Positions 10,570 to 23,224 of a stretch of 40,676 nucleotides of DNA are shown piece by piece. The DNA is from Octopus bimaculoides (taxonomy: Eukaryota): NCBI RefSeq assembly GCF_001194135.2, contig NC_068982.1:75871013-75911688 (forward strand), written 5' to 3'. Below the pieces are notes generated by a model that saw nothing but the letters and a program-made list of their open reading frames with translations, did not search any database and was not told the origin of the DNA. The translations under genes and the position numbers were made by a program. How positions within the stretch are numbered: position 1 is the first letter of the stretch; the number at the start of each line of letters is the position of its first letter.

Positions 10570-11604
10570 GTAAGCAGTATCTGAAGTTCAATGTTGTTTG
10601 AAGAGTGAAATGCAATGAGTGAAAACTGTAACCCTGTAGAAACTGAAGTCATGTGATTTAGGGATAATCCCTTAGGTTATAAATCAATCAATAAATCAAT
10701 AATTTGTTATTCACAGTGTCAGTAAAGAATAAAACCAGAGAGTAATAAAATCTCAACACGGCAGTGAGTGCATCTACTTAACCATTTTTTATACATAGTT
10801 TCTGTGATTTGGTAAATATCTATTGTTGTTTTCTATGGAAGGCAATGCTTTGCTCTTGTAAATGTTAATTTTTCATATGTTACTGCCTGCATTTGCCATT
10901 CTTTATGTGTTGGCGCCAAAGATATTTTCCATATGAATCACAATAGAGGTGAAATGAATTTGAAATACAGAGAGAATGTGGCCATGAGGTTCAATTTCCA
11001 AATTAATTAAAGTATGGTCATAAATTCACACCTTGCTACAATAGGCATTGTATTGTGTCTTTGGGTAAAGCACAAAAAAAATCTTTCTTTGCTTCAATCT
11101 ATCTGATTGACAAATTGAGTTCTGTTCCCATTTCACAGTTGAGGTTTCAGCTGTAAGAAGAGTACCCAGTTGTAAAAACAATTGCTACATCAATATAAAA
11201 ATTTTCAAAAGCATCTCATTCATGGTTACAGAGAATGATTCATCATCACCCCCACCACCACCACCATCGTCATTGTCGTTGTCACTGTTGTTGTTGTTGT
11301 TGTCGTCGTCGTCGTTGTCATCATCATCATCATCATCAAATAGCTATGTTCTATGCTGGCATGTGTTGGCTGGTTTGACATGTTCTGAAGGGCCCAAGGT
11401 GTGCATTGTTCTCCATTGTCTGCTTTGACATGGTTTCTACACCTGGATGTCCTTCCTAACACCAACCAGTTTACAGGGTGTACTGGGTGCTTTTCTTCAT
11501 GGCACCAGCACCAGTGAGGTTGTCATGCACTAGAGCTTTGTGCAGCTCTCTAGCTTACCAGCTTCAGCCAAACCATCTTACAAATGCCAGCATGGAAAAT
11601 GGAT

Positions 11605-11664
11605 GATGAATGATGATGATTATGATGGTGATGATGATGATGATGATGATGGTGATGGTAATGG

Positions 11665-11712
<48 letters not shown>

Positions 11713-11745
11713 GGAAGATGATGATAATGATGACAATAACAATGA
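11605..11745. repeat. (GAT)n trinucleotide microsatellite
   Basis: Direct reading. It produces the poly-D/H/I ORFs. Confidence 0.95.
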
Positions 11746-12109
11746 CACACAGGCACACATATTTATTTGTTAAAGCTGAAAGTCTATAGCACAGCCATCA
11801 TTATAAGTAGATTGCTAACTATATCACTTTTTTTTTACATTACAGAATAAACTTTCTAAAACTACTAAAACATACTTATACATCATATAATATATATTCT
11901 GTTTTTTTCCCACGTGTTCTGCACTATTATTTAATCAATCATATGGCATTTATTTTAACATAGCAACATTTAAGTTTACCTTACTATGTGTAATATTTGG
12001 TACAGCCTCTTTTTATGATATTGTCATCACACCACAGAAGTGAATGATGTCAGAGAATTACAGAAATTTTCAATTAAATTCTCAACATTCTCATCAACTA
12101 TTTACAATG

Positions 12110-12141
<32 letters not shown>

Positions 12142-12680
12142 TGGCTGTCATTAGTACTTACTAGATGATGTTTCAAAACTTTTGCTCGAGTTCTCACCAG
12201 ACTTAATTTAATATTCCTCACTTATTTCATAGAATATACCTGTCATTTGTTAAAATGAAAAAAGAAAAGAATATTTCTGATTTGGTTTTCTTTTAATTTC
12301 AATCAATTTTTAGCTTTAAAAAAATTGCTTTTTTGGAATCACTCTCTCTTTCACACACACACACATGTACACTTATATATTTTTATACATTTCTGTGTTC
12401 TTTGGTAGAATTTCAAACTACTAGTTGGCATTTCTCAAGAGATGATTGGATTTGAAAATTTCAATCAACATTGGTGATATTTAGAGCACCATTCTGCAAA
12501 GTGCTAAGTCATTTCCCTTGTGGTCAATGGTATAGCTACTGCTGCTGCTGCTGTTACTGTTGTTGCTGTTATAGTTAAGTGTCACATTTTCTTCTTCTGT
12601 TGCTGCTGCTGTAAATGGAAGTACTTTCTTGTTTAGATCTGAAGTAAATAGACTTCATAATGCTACTTTGAAATGTCTTC

Positions 12681-12682
<2 letters not shown>

Positions 12683-12738
<56 letters not shown>

Positions 12739-12757
12739 CAACAACAATAATAACAAT
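12683..12757. repeat. (AAT)n/(AAC)n microsatellite
   Basis: Direct reading. It abuts the 5' junction of R4/Dong-like fragment 1. Confidence 0.97.
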
Positions 12758-13100
12758 CCTCTTAAGTATGAAATAGCCCTGCAATGGAAAATGAAGAAGG
12801 TGATGATAGTGCCAATTATTGTTGGGTCCTTGGGAACAGTATCAGAAGGCATCAAGTGGAATATAAAGGAAACTGGAATAGAGTGCCCAGTAGAACTGTT
12901 ACAAAAGGTTTGCCTCCTTGGCACGGTCAGAATAATCAGGAAAGTGTTAGATAGTTGAACAAATAACATGGTACCATAGGCTGCAGGTAGTAAGCCCGCT
13001 ATGCATGCAAGATTCCAGGAGCTCCAACAAAACCTGTGAAGAAGAAGAAGAAGAAGAAGAAGAAGAAGAAGAAGAAGAAGAAGAAGAAGAAGAAGAAGAA
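12758..13100 (+). mobile_element. R4/Dong-like RLE non-LTR retrotransposon fragment 1 (ORF C-terminus, 3' UTR and (GAA)n tail)
   Basis: LKYEIALQWKMKKVMIVPIIVGSLGTVSEG...ELLQKVCLLGTVRIIRKVLDS* is the typical end of an RLE domain. (GAA)n at 13038-13100. Confidence 0.85.
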
Positions 13101-13134
13101 AGAGAGAAATAAAGAAAGAAAGACAGAAAAGAAA

Positions 13135-14560
13135 AGTAAAGATCAGAAAAGAGAGTTATCGCAGGGTAAGGGCAATACTCAAGACAGAGCTGAACACAAG
13201 AAACAGGATTGAAGTGATGCACCACTCTAAGGCACGACTTTACCTGCCAAGAAAGGAAGGTGGCCATGGACTTTTACAACTGGAATTAACAATGAAGATT
13301 GCCACAATTAACCTAAACACCTACTTGAAAAACTGATGACTAGATGTTAAAACTTGTCTTAAAGCATGAAAACAAGAAAACATCATACTTAGTAACAAAA
13401 CAACTAAGAAATGTCTAAGTGAATTCTAAATACAACAATTCCCAGAATTAGATGTACTGGAAACAAGTACAGAAAAAGCTAAGCATATGAAAACTCATGC
13501 TAAAACTGCTTCTTTGGATATTCTTACTGATAAATGGCAAGAAAAACCTTTCAATTGCAAATACCCAAAGAGAGCTAATAATGCAAATGTTGACAAAGCC
13601 CTTACCCATCAATGGTTAGTGTCTTCTGGCTTAAAATCAGAGGCAGATAGATTTATCATAGCAGCCCAAAATCAATGCCTACCTACAAGAAACTACCAGG
13701 CCAACATCTTAAAGAACAGCAATAGCCCAGTATGTTGTGTATGTAAACAACAAAATGAAACCACCAATCATGTCGTCTCCATGTACAGTCAGTATCTCAG
13801 CAGGCAAGATAGAGCAGTATATTCACTGGATAATTTGCAAAGACTTGGACCTGCCCCATGATAAAAACTGGTGGGAACACAAACCATTGCAAGTGCTTGA
13901 AAAGGATCACATCTCACTCCTTTGGAACTTCACCATTCAAACTGATAGAAAGATAGATGCAAATAGGCCAGACATTATATTGAAGGATTTCAGATAAAGT
14001 CATGCCTCCTCATTGATATGACTGTCCCAACTGACATAAATGTATCTTTCAAGACACACCTAAAACTGAGCAAGTATAATAAAGGTCTTGGAATAAATAT
14101 TGGTGAAATGTGGAACTTGAAGACTAAAACAATACTTGTTGTTATAGGTTTCCAAGGAATGATAGCAAAAGGGGCTGATTGCTACCTAGCACAGATACTA
14201 GGAAATCCAAAAATAGAAGAAATTTTAAAAATAGTGCTCATGGGAACAAATATTGTCTATGTAATCCCCAAAATATTTCAATCTGTAAACAGTGTCAAAA
14301 TACTTTTAAATGTACATAACAGCAAACACTTTTTACTGTCATCTTAACATCAAACTATCATCTCATAATCAAATTACTTTCAAAACAAACTTCTAATTTA
14401 CTTATGTTTTGACAGACATTCTCTTGAACAATACTCTGTGCAAAACCAAATATATGGCACCCTAGTCATAACACCAACTTGAACCTCTAACTTGTTGTCT
14501 CTTGAGGTCTCTGGGTGAGACTCAGAGTCCACTTGAACAAATACAAAGCAAAAGCCAAAC

Positions 14561-14562
<2 letters not shown>
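13135..14562 (+). mobile_element. R4/Dong-like fragment 2 (post-RT region, CCHC knuckle, restriction-like endonuclease, 3' UTR)
   Basis: RLYLPRKEGGHGLLQ; FIIAAQNQCLPTRNYQ; CCVCKQQNETTNHVVS; WNFTIQTDRKIDANRPDIILKD..CLLIDMTVP (PD-D motif); VVIGFQG. Several frameshifts and stops. Ends at (TAA)n 14563-14615. Confidence 0.9.
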
Positions 14563-14615
<53 letters not shown>

Positions 14616-14828
14616 CCTTTCTACTACAGGCACAAGGCCTGAAATTTTTGGGGTGAGGACTAGTCGATTACATTGATCCCCAGTGCATAACTGGTACTTA
14701 ATTTATTGACCCTGGATGGATGAAAGACAAAGTCGACCTCAGCGGAATTTGAACTCAGCGTAATGACAGATGAAATATTTCTGAGCATTTCACCCAGTGT
14801 GCTAATGATTCTGCTAGCTTGCCTCCTT
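14616..14828 (-). mobile_element. SINE family B, with (TTA)n tail shared with the 3' junction of R4/Dong fragment 2
   Basis: CCTTTCTACTACAGGCACAAGGCC...GTCGACCTCAGCGGAATTTGAACTCAG (reverse-complement B-box). Confidence 0.85.
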
Positions 14829-14849
14829 AATGATGATGATGATGAAAAC

Positions 14850-16200
14850 AGAAATGAATGCTAGCAGATGAACAGAAAAGCTACTGGAAGGGATCACGAA
14901 GAACAAAGGATCAGTTGTTTATAAATCAGGTAATTTTGAAGAACTGTTGGAAAAGGTTGACAAGCTTATCAATGGCTTGGATTGACTATAAGAAGGCATA
15001 TGATATAGTTTCTCACTTGTGAACTCTAAAATACCTGAAGATAGTCAGGGCTGTTAAAAATATGATATATTTATTCAAAAACAGTATGAGGAACTGAAAG
15101 ACAGTTTTGACAGCAAGTGGAAGGGAAATTGGACAAGTAAACATCAAGAGGGCAATCTTTCAAGGAGACCTCGTGTTACTCTTGTTGTTTATTGTTAGTA
15201 TCTTACCACTCTCCATGGTTTTGAGGAAGATGGAAGCTGGTTACAAATTGCAGAACATAATACCAATGAACTATCTGCTGTTTATGAACAATTTGAACCT
15301 TTATGGAACTAGTTGAGGTCAACTAGACTCCCTTACTCAAGCCATACAAATTTTCTCACATGACATCCAGATGGCATTTAGTCTAGATAAATGCAGTGTT
15401 CTCAAATGGAGGAGAGGGTGAAAAGTAGACAGTAGTGGAGTAGAACTTCCAGCTGATGAGTGCATGAGAGAAGTGAATGGAGAGGGTTACAAGTATCTAG
15501 GTGTTTTACAATTAAGCCAGATAATGAACACCAAGTTAAAGGAAAAGATTTCTGAATATACCAGAAGAGTGAAAAAACTATGTAGACCCAAGCTGAATGG
15601 AGGAAACCTGATCAGTGATATCAGCACTTTGTCTGTAAGCATGGTATGCTACTACACAGGAGTCACAGAATGAACAAAGGAAGACCTGGTCAGCATGGAC
15701 AGAAAAACTAGGAAGATAATGGCCATGCATGGATGCTTCATACAAGAAGTAATGTAGCAAGATTTTACCTACATAGAAAGGAAGGTGGACGAGGATTAGT
15801 TAGAATAAAGAATAGTGTTACAAAAGACCAAATTCTTGCATGCCTTTCTGTTGCAGACCACACTGAGTAAGAAGGTAATCAGTGACAATGGTGAGACTCT
15901 CCAGGAGTAAAAAATGAGGATGAGTAGAGAAAATATCATCAACTGGAAAGAGAAAGTCCTACACAGAAAGTTTTTCCAGCAAACAGAAAGAGAAAGAATT
16001 ATATGGTCAATTCATGCAACAAGCCAAGGAAATAGGAAGTAAAGAATGTTGAATGTGTCTGTTGAGTGGAAACCTGAAGTAAGAAACCAAAGCACTAATT
16101 ATTGCCATTCAAGAACAAGCCATTAAATTGAACTTGGCAAAGACAAAGATTGATAAAGTTCAGTCAGAGGACAAATACAAAATCTGTGGAAAAGGTGAAA
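14850..16200 (+). mobile_element. R4/Dong-like fragment 3 (reverse transcriptase core to zinc knuckle), defective
   Basis: LADEQKSYWKGSRRTKDQLFINQ; KRAIFQGD; YLLFMNNLNLYG (decayed FMDD); YKYLGVLQ; ETKALIIAIQEQAI..KYKICGK. Flanked by (GAT)n and (GA)n. Confidence 0.88.
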
Positions 16201-16726
16201 AGAGTGAGAGGGAGAGAGGGGGAGACAGACAGAGAGAAAGAAAGAGACAAAGAGAGAGTACTCAATGTTAAACCATAAAGTCTGCATGTATGGATACCAA
16301 ACATATGAACTTATTCCTAATTTATCCACCAGTCCCCTTCATTCGTATGCTTTATGGCCATTTTCTTTGCTGGATGAATACTTATTTAGGGCAGTATTGT
16401 TAAGGTTTGAAACTCTTCTTGTAGCCAGCCTTTATCTGCTTTACAAATAAGGGATTATTTATGGCATTTCTTTGAGAGTTTAGGGTTATTGAATGTAATA
16501 TTTTCTGAGAATGTAAACACAAGGCAAGTTTTTCAATCATACAATCTCCAGTCATGCAAGAAATGGAAATAACTTTCATGTATACATACACATGCACAGT
16601 CATACATACATACACACACATACATATGTACATACATACATACATACATGCATGCATACATACATACATACATACATATACACACACACAGAAACATACA
16701 TACATATTTATACATGTATATCTATT

Positions 16727-16757
<31 letters not shown>

Positions 16758-17290
16758 TTATGTGTGTACACACACACACACACACACAAACATCATCATC
16801 ATCATCATCATTTTAACACTTTTCCATGCTTGCATGATTTGAATGGAGTTTATCTGAGGTTGTTTTTCTATAGTCAGATGCCCTCACTGTCATCAACCCT
16901 CACCTGTTTCCAGGCAAGCTTATATTTCTCTATGACTAGACATGTTTACACACAATATTGGAAATAAACAAAACTGCTTGTACGACAGTGACAATCATTT
17001 ACAACTATCGCATGATGTTAGGACAAGCGGACACAAACACACACATACACACACATGCACACACACATGCACACACACATACACACACATGCACACACAC
17101 ATGCACACACACATACATACATACATACATACATACATACAACAAGCTTTTTTAGTTTCTCTCTATTAAATCCATTCACAAGGCTTTGATTGGCCCAGGG
17201 CTATAGCAGAAGACACTTCCCTAAGGTGCCATGTAATAGGACTGAACATAGAACTCAGTGGTTGGGAAACAAACTTCTTATCACAAAGCC

Positions 17291-17342
<52 letters not shown>

Positions 17343-17485
17343 GTGTGTGTATATATAATAAATAAATAATGTATAATATATNNNNNNNNNNNNNNNNNNN
17401 NNNNNNNNNNNNNNNNNNNNNNNNNNNNNNNNNNNNNNNNNNNNNNNNNNNNNNNNNNNNNNNNNNNNNNNNNNNNNNNNNNNNN

Positions 17486-17527
<42 letters not shown>

Positions 17528-18263
17528 GCATATATGGGTACAAGATGTCACCAATGGTGCAAATAACATGAAATACGTAAACAAACGAGGGAAAAATGAA
17601 CATAAACAATGAGAAAAACTGGAAAGCAGGACAAGTTAACGTAGAGAAAGGACTCTTTATCAGTTGTTAGCTGTCAATCCACTCCTTATTTCGAACATTC
17701 AATGACAATATGAGTCTTCAAAGACAGTTGCTCCCATAAATTCTAAAATAAGATTTGGGATTTATAAAACGTCAAAGTTGGGAACACAAAAATGACAGTG
17801 GAGACATAGAAGGAAATCAAATGAAAACAAACATGGAGAGGAAAATAATGAATGCAAGGAGAAACAATTTTTTTGAAAAGATAGAAGAGAAAGAGAAAAA
17901 CACGTCCACTCATTTAAATGTCCATGCAGGAAAGGAAAGATGGTCACATGGGGAAAAGAAAGATGGACAATGGTCACATGTAAGCAACGAGAGAGAGAGA
18001 AAGAGAGAGAAAGAAGAGGCGAGAGAATGACAGATAGAAAACGGTGAAGGAGGGAGGGGGAGAAAAAGGGAATTAGAGAAGGATGGAGGAAGAAAACTGT
18101 AATTGAATGCGATATATCCATTTCCAAGTAAGTTCATCTTCACTGTTGGTGATGTCCTGTACCCATACATGCATGGTCATGTGGAAGGAGAGGAGAGAGG
18201 TAGGGGGCAAAGGGATTGAAGAATTAGGGGTGGGGACGAGAAAGGGAAGGAAAGGGACATATA

Positions 18264-18322
<59 letters not shown>

Positions 18323-18332
18323 NNNNNNNNNN

Positions 18333-18372
<40 letters not shown>

Positions 18373-18892
18373 GTGTGTGTGTGTGTATGTGTGTGTGTGT
18401 GTGTGTATGTATATATTTATGTGTGTGTGTGGCTGTGTTTGTCTCCTGCCGTCACTTGAAAATTAATGCTGGTGTGTTTATGTCCCCATAACTTAGTGGC
18501 TCAACAAAAGAGACTGATGGAATAAGTACTAGGCTTACAAAGAATAAGTCCTGGGGTCAACTTTGACAAAAACCCTTCAAAGCAGTGCCCCAGCATGGCC
18601 ATAGTCAAATAACTGAAACAAATAAAAGAATGCATGCATACATACATACTTACACATGTTTCCATATGATTTTTCTCTATCAATTTAATCACAAGCCATT
18701 GGGCAGCCCAAAGTAATAATAGAAGACACTTGCCCAAGGTGCTGTGAAATGGAACTGAACCTAAGACCCCATGATTGCAAAGTGACCTTCCTAACCACAC
18801 ATCCATGCCTGGATCCTTGTATCTCATAATTAATGGCTGATGATATTTTGTTTCATCAATAATTAAATGTACATTAATTAAATTGCTAGCAA

Positions 18893-19047
18893 GAGTGGCT
18901 GTGTGGTAAGAAGCTCGCTTCCCAACCACATAGTTGTGGGTTCGGTCACACTGTGTGACACCTTGGGCAAGTGTCTTTTGCTACAGCCTCAGGCTGACCA
19001 AAGCCTTGTGAGTGGATTTGGTAGATGAAAACTGAAAGAAGCTCGTC

Positions 19048-19092
<45 letters not shown>

Positions 19093-19325
19093 TGCATGTA
19101 TATATTTGTGTGTGTATCTGTGCTTGTCCCCCCTTCATTGCTTGACAACCAATGTTGGTGTGTTTACATCCCTGTAACTTAGTGGTTTGGCAAAAGAGAC
19201 TGACAGAATAAGTACTAGGCTTACAAAGAATAAGTCCTGGGGTTGATCTGTCCGACTGAAAGCGGTGCTCCAGCATGGCTGCAGTCAAATGACTGAAACA
19301 AGTGAAAGAAGAAAAGAATAAAAGA
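18893..19325 (+). mobile_element. SINE family A, full length
   Basis: Head TGGCTGTGTGGTAAG (A-box-like) and GGTTCGGTCAC (B-box-like), central (TA)n/(TG)n, 3' half ending TGACTGAAACAAGT..AAAAGAAT. A 3'-half copy lies at 18420-18630, and inverted heads at 18690-18810 and 17145-17292. Confidence 0.9.
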
Positions 19326-20160
19326 ATGCCGGGCAAAATGCTTAGCAGCACATTTCACCCGTCAATACGACTTATCCCCTCCTCTGAAACTGCTGGCCTT
19401 GTGCCTATAGTAGAAAGGATTAATTAAATGAGTGATGTTCTGTGTGGTTGATAATAAATCATAAACAACCGTAGTCCTTTGCCTGTCCTGTGCATCGCAT
19501 TGGATACGCAGGACATATTTTCCTGGAGTCCATGCATCATCTATGATACACATTCCAGGTTTTTTTTGTTTTTTTTTCAACCACTAGAATAACTTAAGAC
19601 TTATGAAAGGCAAGTTTTATATTACTCAGCATGTATAAAACAAGTGTTAACTAAAAGTCTGAAAACAAGCATGGATGTTTAGGACAAACTTCTGAAAATA
19701 CTTTGTACAGGCAAAAATTCAAAAGGAGTTGTAACTCCAAACTAGAGTACCCCAGTTTTAAATGAATATTTGAATTGATTTCGTTTTTTTTTTTTCTCAT
19801 TGACTGGAAATGAAAATTTAGTGATACATGCAAGGGAGAGAACTACAGAGTTTGTGACGACAAGACACATAGGAGTTGAAAAAGTATTGTGAGTAGATAA
19901 AACAGAAGATAATGCACAGTGCTGAGAGTTTATCTTTGATGTAAAATTTAACAGCTTTCATTGAAGTTGATATTTATAGCCATTTTCTAAAAATGATAGT
20001 TCTTTTGATATCAACGTGCTTGAGACTATCCTTAATTTTATGATACAAAAGTCCTGTTTTAAAGTGATCTGAATTAAAATCTTCTGCCATCAAAATTTCA
20101 TGTTAATTTATGTCTCAAAAACCTGATTAATATTAGCCAAGTTATTTTACTAAAATCTCT

Positions 20161-20545
20161 GGCTTGGCTGTGTGGTTAAGAAGCTTGCTTTGCGATTGCA
20201 TGGTTTTGAGTTCAGTCCCACTGTGTGACACCTTGAACAAATGTTTCCTACTATAGCCTCAAGCTGACCAATGTCTTATGAGTAACTTTAGTAGATGGAA
20301 ACTGTGTGGAAGCCCATTGTATATATACGTGTGTGTGTGTGTGTGTGAGTGTTTCCTTCCCTACCATTTGTTAACTGTTGTTGGGTTGTTCACATCCCTA
20401 TAACTTAGTGGTTTAGCAAAAGAGACCAATAGAATAACTGCCAGACTTAAAGGAATAAGTACAGGAGTCAATTTGTTTGACTAAAACTCTTTAAGGCAGT
20501 GTCCTAGCATGGCTGCAGTCCAATGACTGAAACAGGTAGAAGATA
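20161..20545 (+). mobile_element. SINE family A, full length
   Basis: Same head (GGCTGTGTGGTTAAG...GAGTTCAGTCCC), central tract and tail. Confidence 0.88.
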
Positions 20546-20639
20546 ACAAGTAGGTTATTCTCAAAATTACCTGAAACAAAGGCAGTGTATTTTGAACAGA
20601 AATATAGTAACAAAAGAGTTAATAATCCTATCTCCTCTA

Positions 20640-21208
20640 TGTACAAGGAATGCAATTTTTGGGGAAGAGTAAGTTGATTGCATTGACCCAGTGCTCAACT
20701 GGTATTTATTTCATTCAAAATTTTGCCTTTGCAGAATTTGAACTCAGAACATAAAAATGGATGAAATGCTGCTAAGCATTTTGTCCTACATGCTAATGAT
20801 TCTACTAGTTTGTTGCCTCCAAAAGAGTTAATCATAAATTATAAAATTTATTTTGCCAGATAGCTCATTCAAAGAGACTAGTTGAATAAATCCTCAGATG
20901 AAACTCCAAAGTCCCAATCAAAACAAATTTACTCTAATTTTAGTACTAAGTCTTCCCATCAATAAATGTTCTGTTATTGTTATTCATAAATTTGCTTTAA
21001 AATATTCACTTTATTTTAATATTATTTAGCATGCTGGACAAAATGCTTTCTTCTGCTTTTACAGTCTGAATTCAAATTCCACCAAGGTTGACTTTGCCTG
21101 TCTCCTTTCAGGGTCAATAAAATAAGTACCAGTTGAGCTCTGGGGTCAATGTAACTGACTTAGTCCTTCCCCTAGAAACTACTAACCTTACACCAAAATT
21201 TGAAACCA
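20640..21208. mobile_element. Divergent (head-to-head) pair of SINE family B copies
   Basis: Minus-strand copy at about 20640-20820 and plus-strand copy at about 21028-21208. Confidence 0.75.
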
Positions 21209-21294
21209 ATATTTATTTATGATAATAATTAGATTAAAACATGATAGTATATGCAAATGTTTCATAATAGAAATATAGTATTAATTTTTCTATT

Positions 21295-21600
21295 TTTCTA
21301 TTGTTTTAGTCATTGGAATGTGGCCATGCTGGGGCACCATCTTGAAGTGTTTTAGTTGAACAAATCAGCCCCAGTACTTCAATTTTTTTACCTTTTTAAG
21401 TCTGGTATTTATTCATTCACCTCTATTACCAAACTGCCAAGTTATGGGGATGCAAACCAACCAACACAGGTTGTCAAGTGGTGGTGGTGGTGGTGATGGT
21501 GGTGATAGGTAATAAACACTAGCACAAAGATACACATGGTCAACCAAAGCCTTGTGAGTGAATTTAGTAGGTAGAAACTAAAGCTTGCTGCAAGTATATG
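21295..21600 (-). mobile_element. SINE family A, minus strand
   Basis: GGCCATGCTGGGGCACC...CAAAGCCTTGTGAGTG segments match the family. Confidence 0.7.
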
Positions 21601-21654
21601 TGATATGTAAAAGTGCTTGTGCCCCTTAGTGAGACGTCTATCTGATAGGTGCAT

Positions 21655-21970
21655 GATCAGTGGTTAGAAGATTGGGCTCACAGTCATGGGGTAGTGAGTT
21701 CAATATTTAAACCAGGCTGTGTGTTGTGTTCTTGAGCAAGACACTTTATTTCTCATTGCTCCAGTTCACTCATCTGCAGAAATGAGTTGTGATGTCAGTG
21801 GTGCCAAGCTGTATCGGAGTTTGCCTTTCCCTTGGATAACATCGGTGGTATGGAGAGGGGAGGCTGGTATGCACGAGCAGCTACTGGTCTTCCATAAACA
21901 ACCTTGCCTGTACTTGTGCTTCAGAGGGTAATTTTCTAGGTGCAATCCCATGACCATTCATGACTGAAGG
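21655..21970 (+). mobile_element. tRNA-derived SINE family D
   Basis: Head CAGTGGTTAGA...GAGTTCAAT, followed by GTGTTGTGTTCTTGAGCAAGACACTTTAT, a common post-tRNA SINE core motif. Confidence 0.6.
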
Positions 21971-22391
21971 TTGTCATTATCCTTTATATGCAAGCATGGT
22001 AAAGTGGATATTAAACCAGAGATATGTATTCGTTCCCACCCATGCCTATACATTGTGTAGTAGCCATGTATCTTTGCTATAACAAGACACCTGTACTTCG
22101 ATCATACTTCAACCTCTCAACATCTGGCATAAACCCCTTTCCCTAAAACCCTCTCAGTGGAGGAGGCTTCTTCTACTTTTCCTTTGTCTTGTAAGTTACT
22201 TGACAGCCTCATTAATGAAAAAAGCAAAGCAACCAGCATTCTCTGTAAAGTTATTGACATTAGGAAAGGCATTCAGTCATAGAATACTCCAATGTTCCAA
22301 TGTCTACCATGTAAGCATTGGAGCATGACACCTGTGGAATCCTGTCAGACCATCCAATCCATGCCAGTACAGAAGACAGATATTATACACA

Positions 22392-22890
22392 AGGTGGTGA
22401 GCTGGCAAAATGCTTAGCAGCATTTCATCTGTCTGTACATTCTGAGTTCAAATTCCGCTGAGGTCTACTTTGCTTTTCATCCTTTTGGGGTCGATAAAAT
22501 AAGTACCAGTTGAGCACTGGGATTAATGTGATTAACATAACCCCTGTCTTGAAATTACCAGCCTTGTGCCAAAGTTTGAAATCCATAATATTCATACATG
22601 TGTATGCATATATGTATGCAAGTGCATGTATATGTGTGTGTGTGTCTGTGTGTATCTGTGGATGCACCCTTAGTTTGTGTTTGTTTTCACTACTCAACAA
22701 CCAGTGTTAGTTTGTATACATCCCAGTAACTTAGCACCTCAATGAAAAGAGACTTATAGAATAAGCACCAGACACAAAATAAAGCACTGGGATTGATTGA
22801 ATCAACTAAACCTTTCAAGGTGGTGCCTCAATACAGCTGCAGTCAAATGCCTGAAACAACTAAAAAATAATAGACTAATAGAATAAAAGA
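22392..22890 (+). mobile_element. SINE family B (22392-22585) followed by a family A 3' half (22620-22890)
   Basis: AAGGTGGTGAGCTGGCA...CTGAGTTCAAATTCCGCTGAGG..., then the family A tail. Confidence 0.8.
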
Positions 22891-23224
22891 ATGCATGTGT
22901 GTGTGTGTTACCTGAAACATAATCACTATTAGTGTCTTATTCTTTCTTTTTCATCTGCTTTAGTTGTCTGTGAGAAATTTATTACCGAAACACAATACTT
23001 AAAAAAGGAATGGGAATTAAGGCATTTACTCTTTCCTCAAGGGCAGCAGTGTTAGAAATGAAGTGAAATGGAATAGTTCCTTCTGGGAATTGAAAATAAT
23101 TACAAAATTGTTTTGTCTAGAGAAGATCCCTTTGTACTCATCTTGTGAGAATACAAATATGTCTGTTATATCCTGTAAACTGCACTGTAAAAGAAGTAGT
23201 TTTCATTAATTTGTAAAATATTGG

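Noticed and set aside
10717-10763. AG...GTGAGT-bounded 47-nt segment
   Set aside because: It has stops in all three frames and only a modest acceptor; nothing else supports it.
18893-18970. tRNA-like A/B boxes as tRNA genes (also 38419-38480)
   Set aside because: They are heads of multi-copy SINEs, with no complete cloverleaf or pol III terminator.
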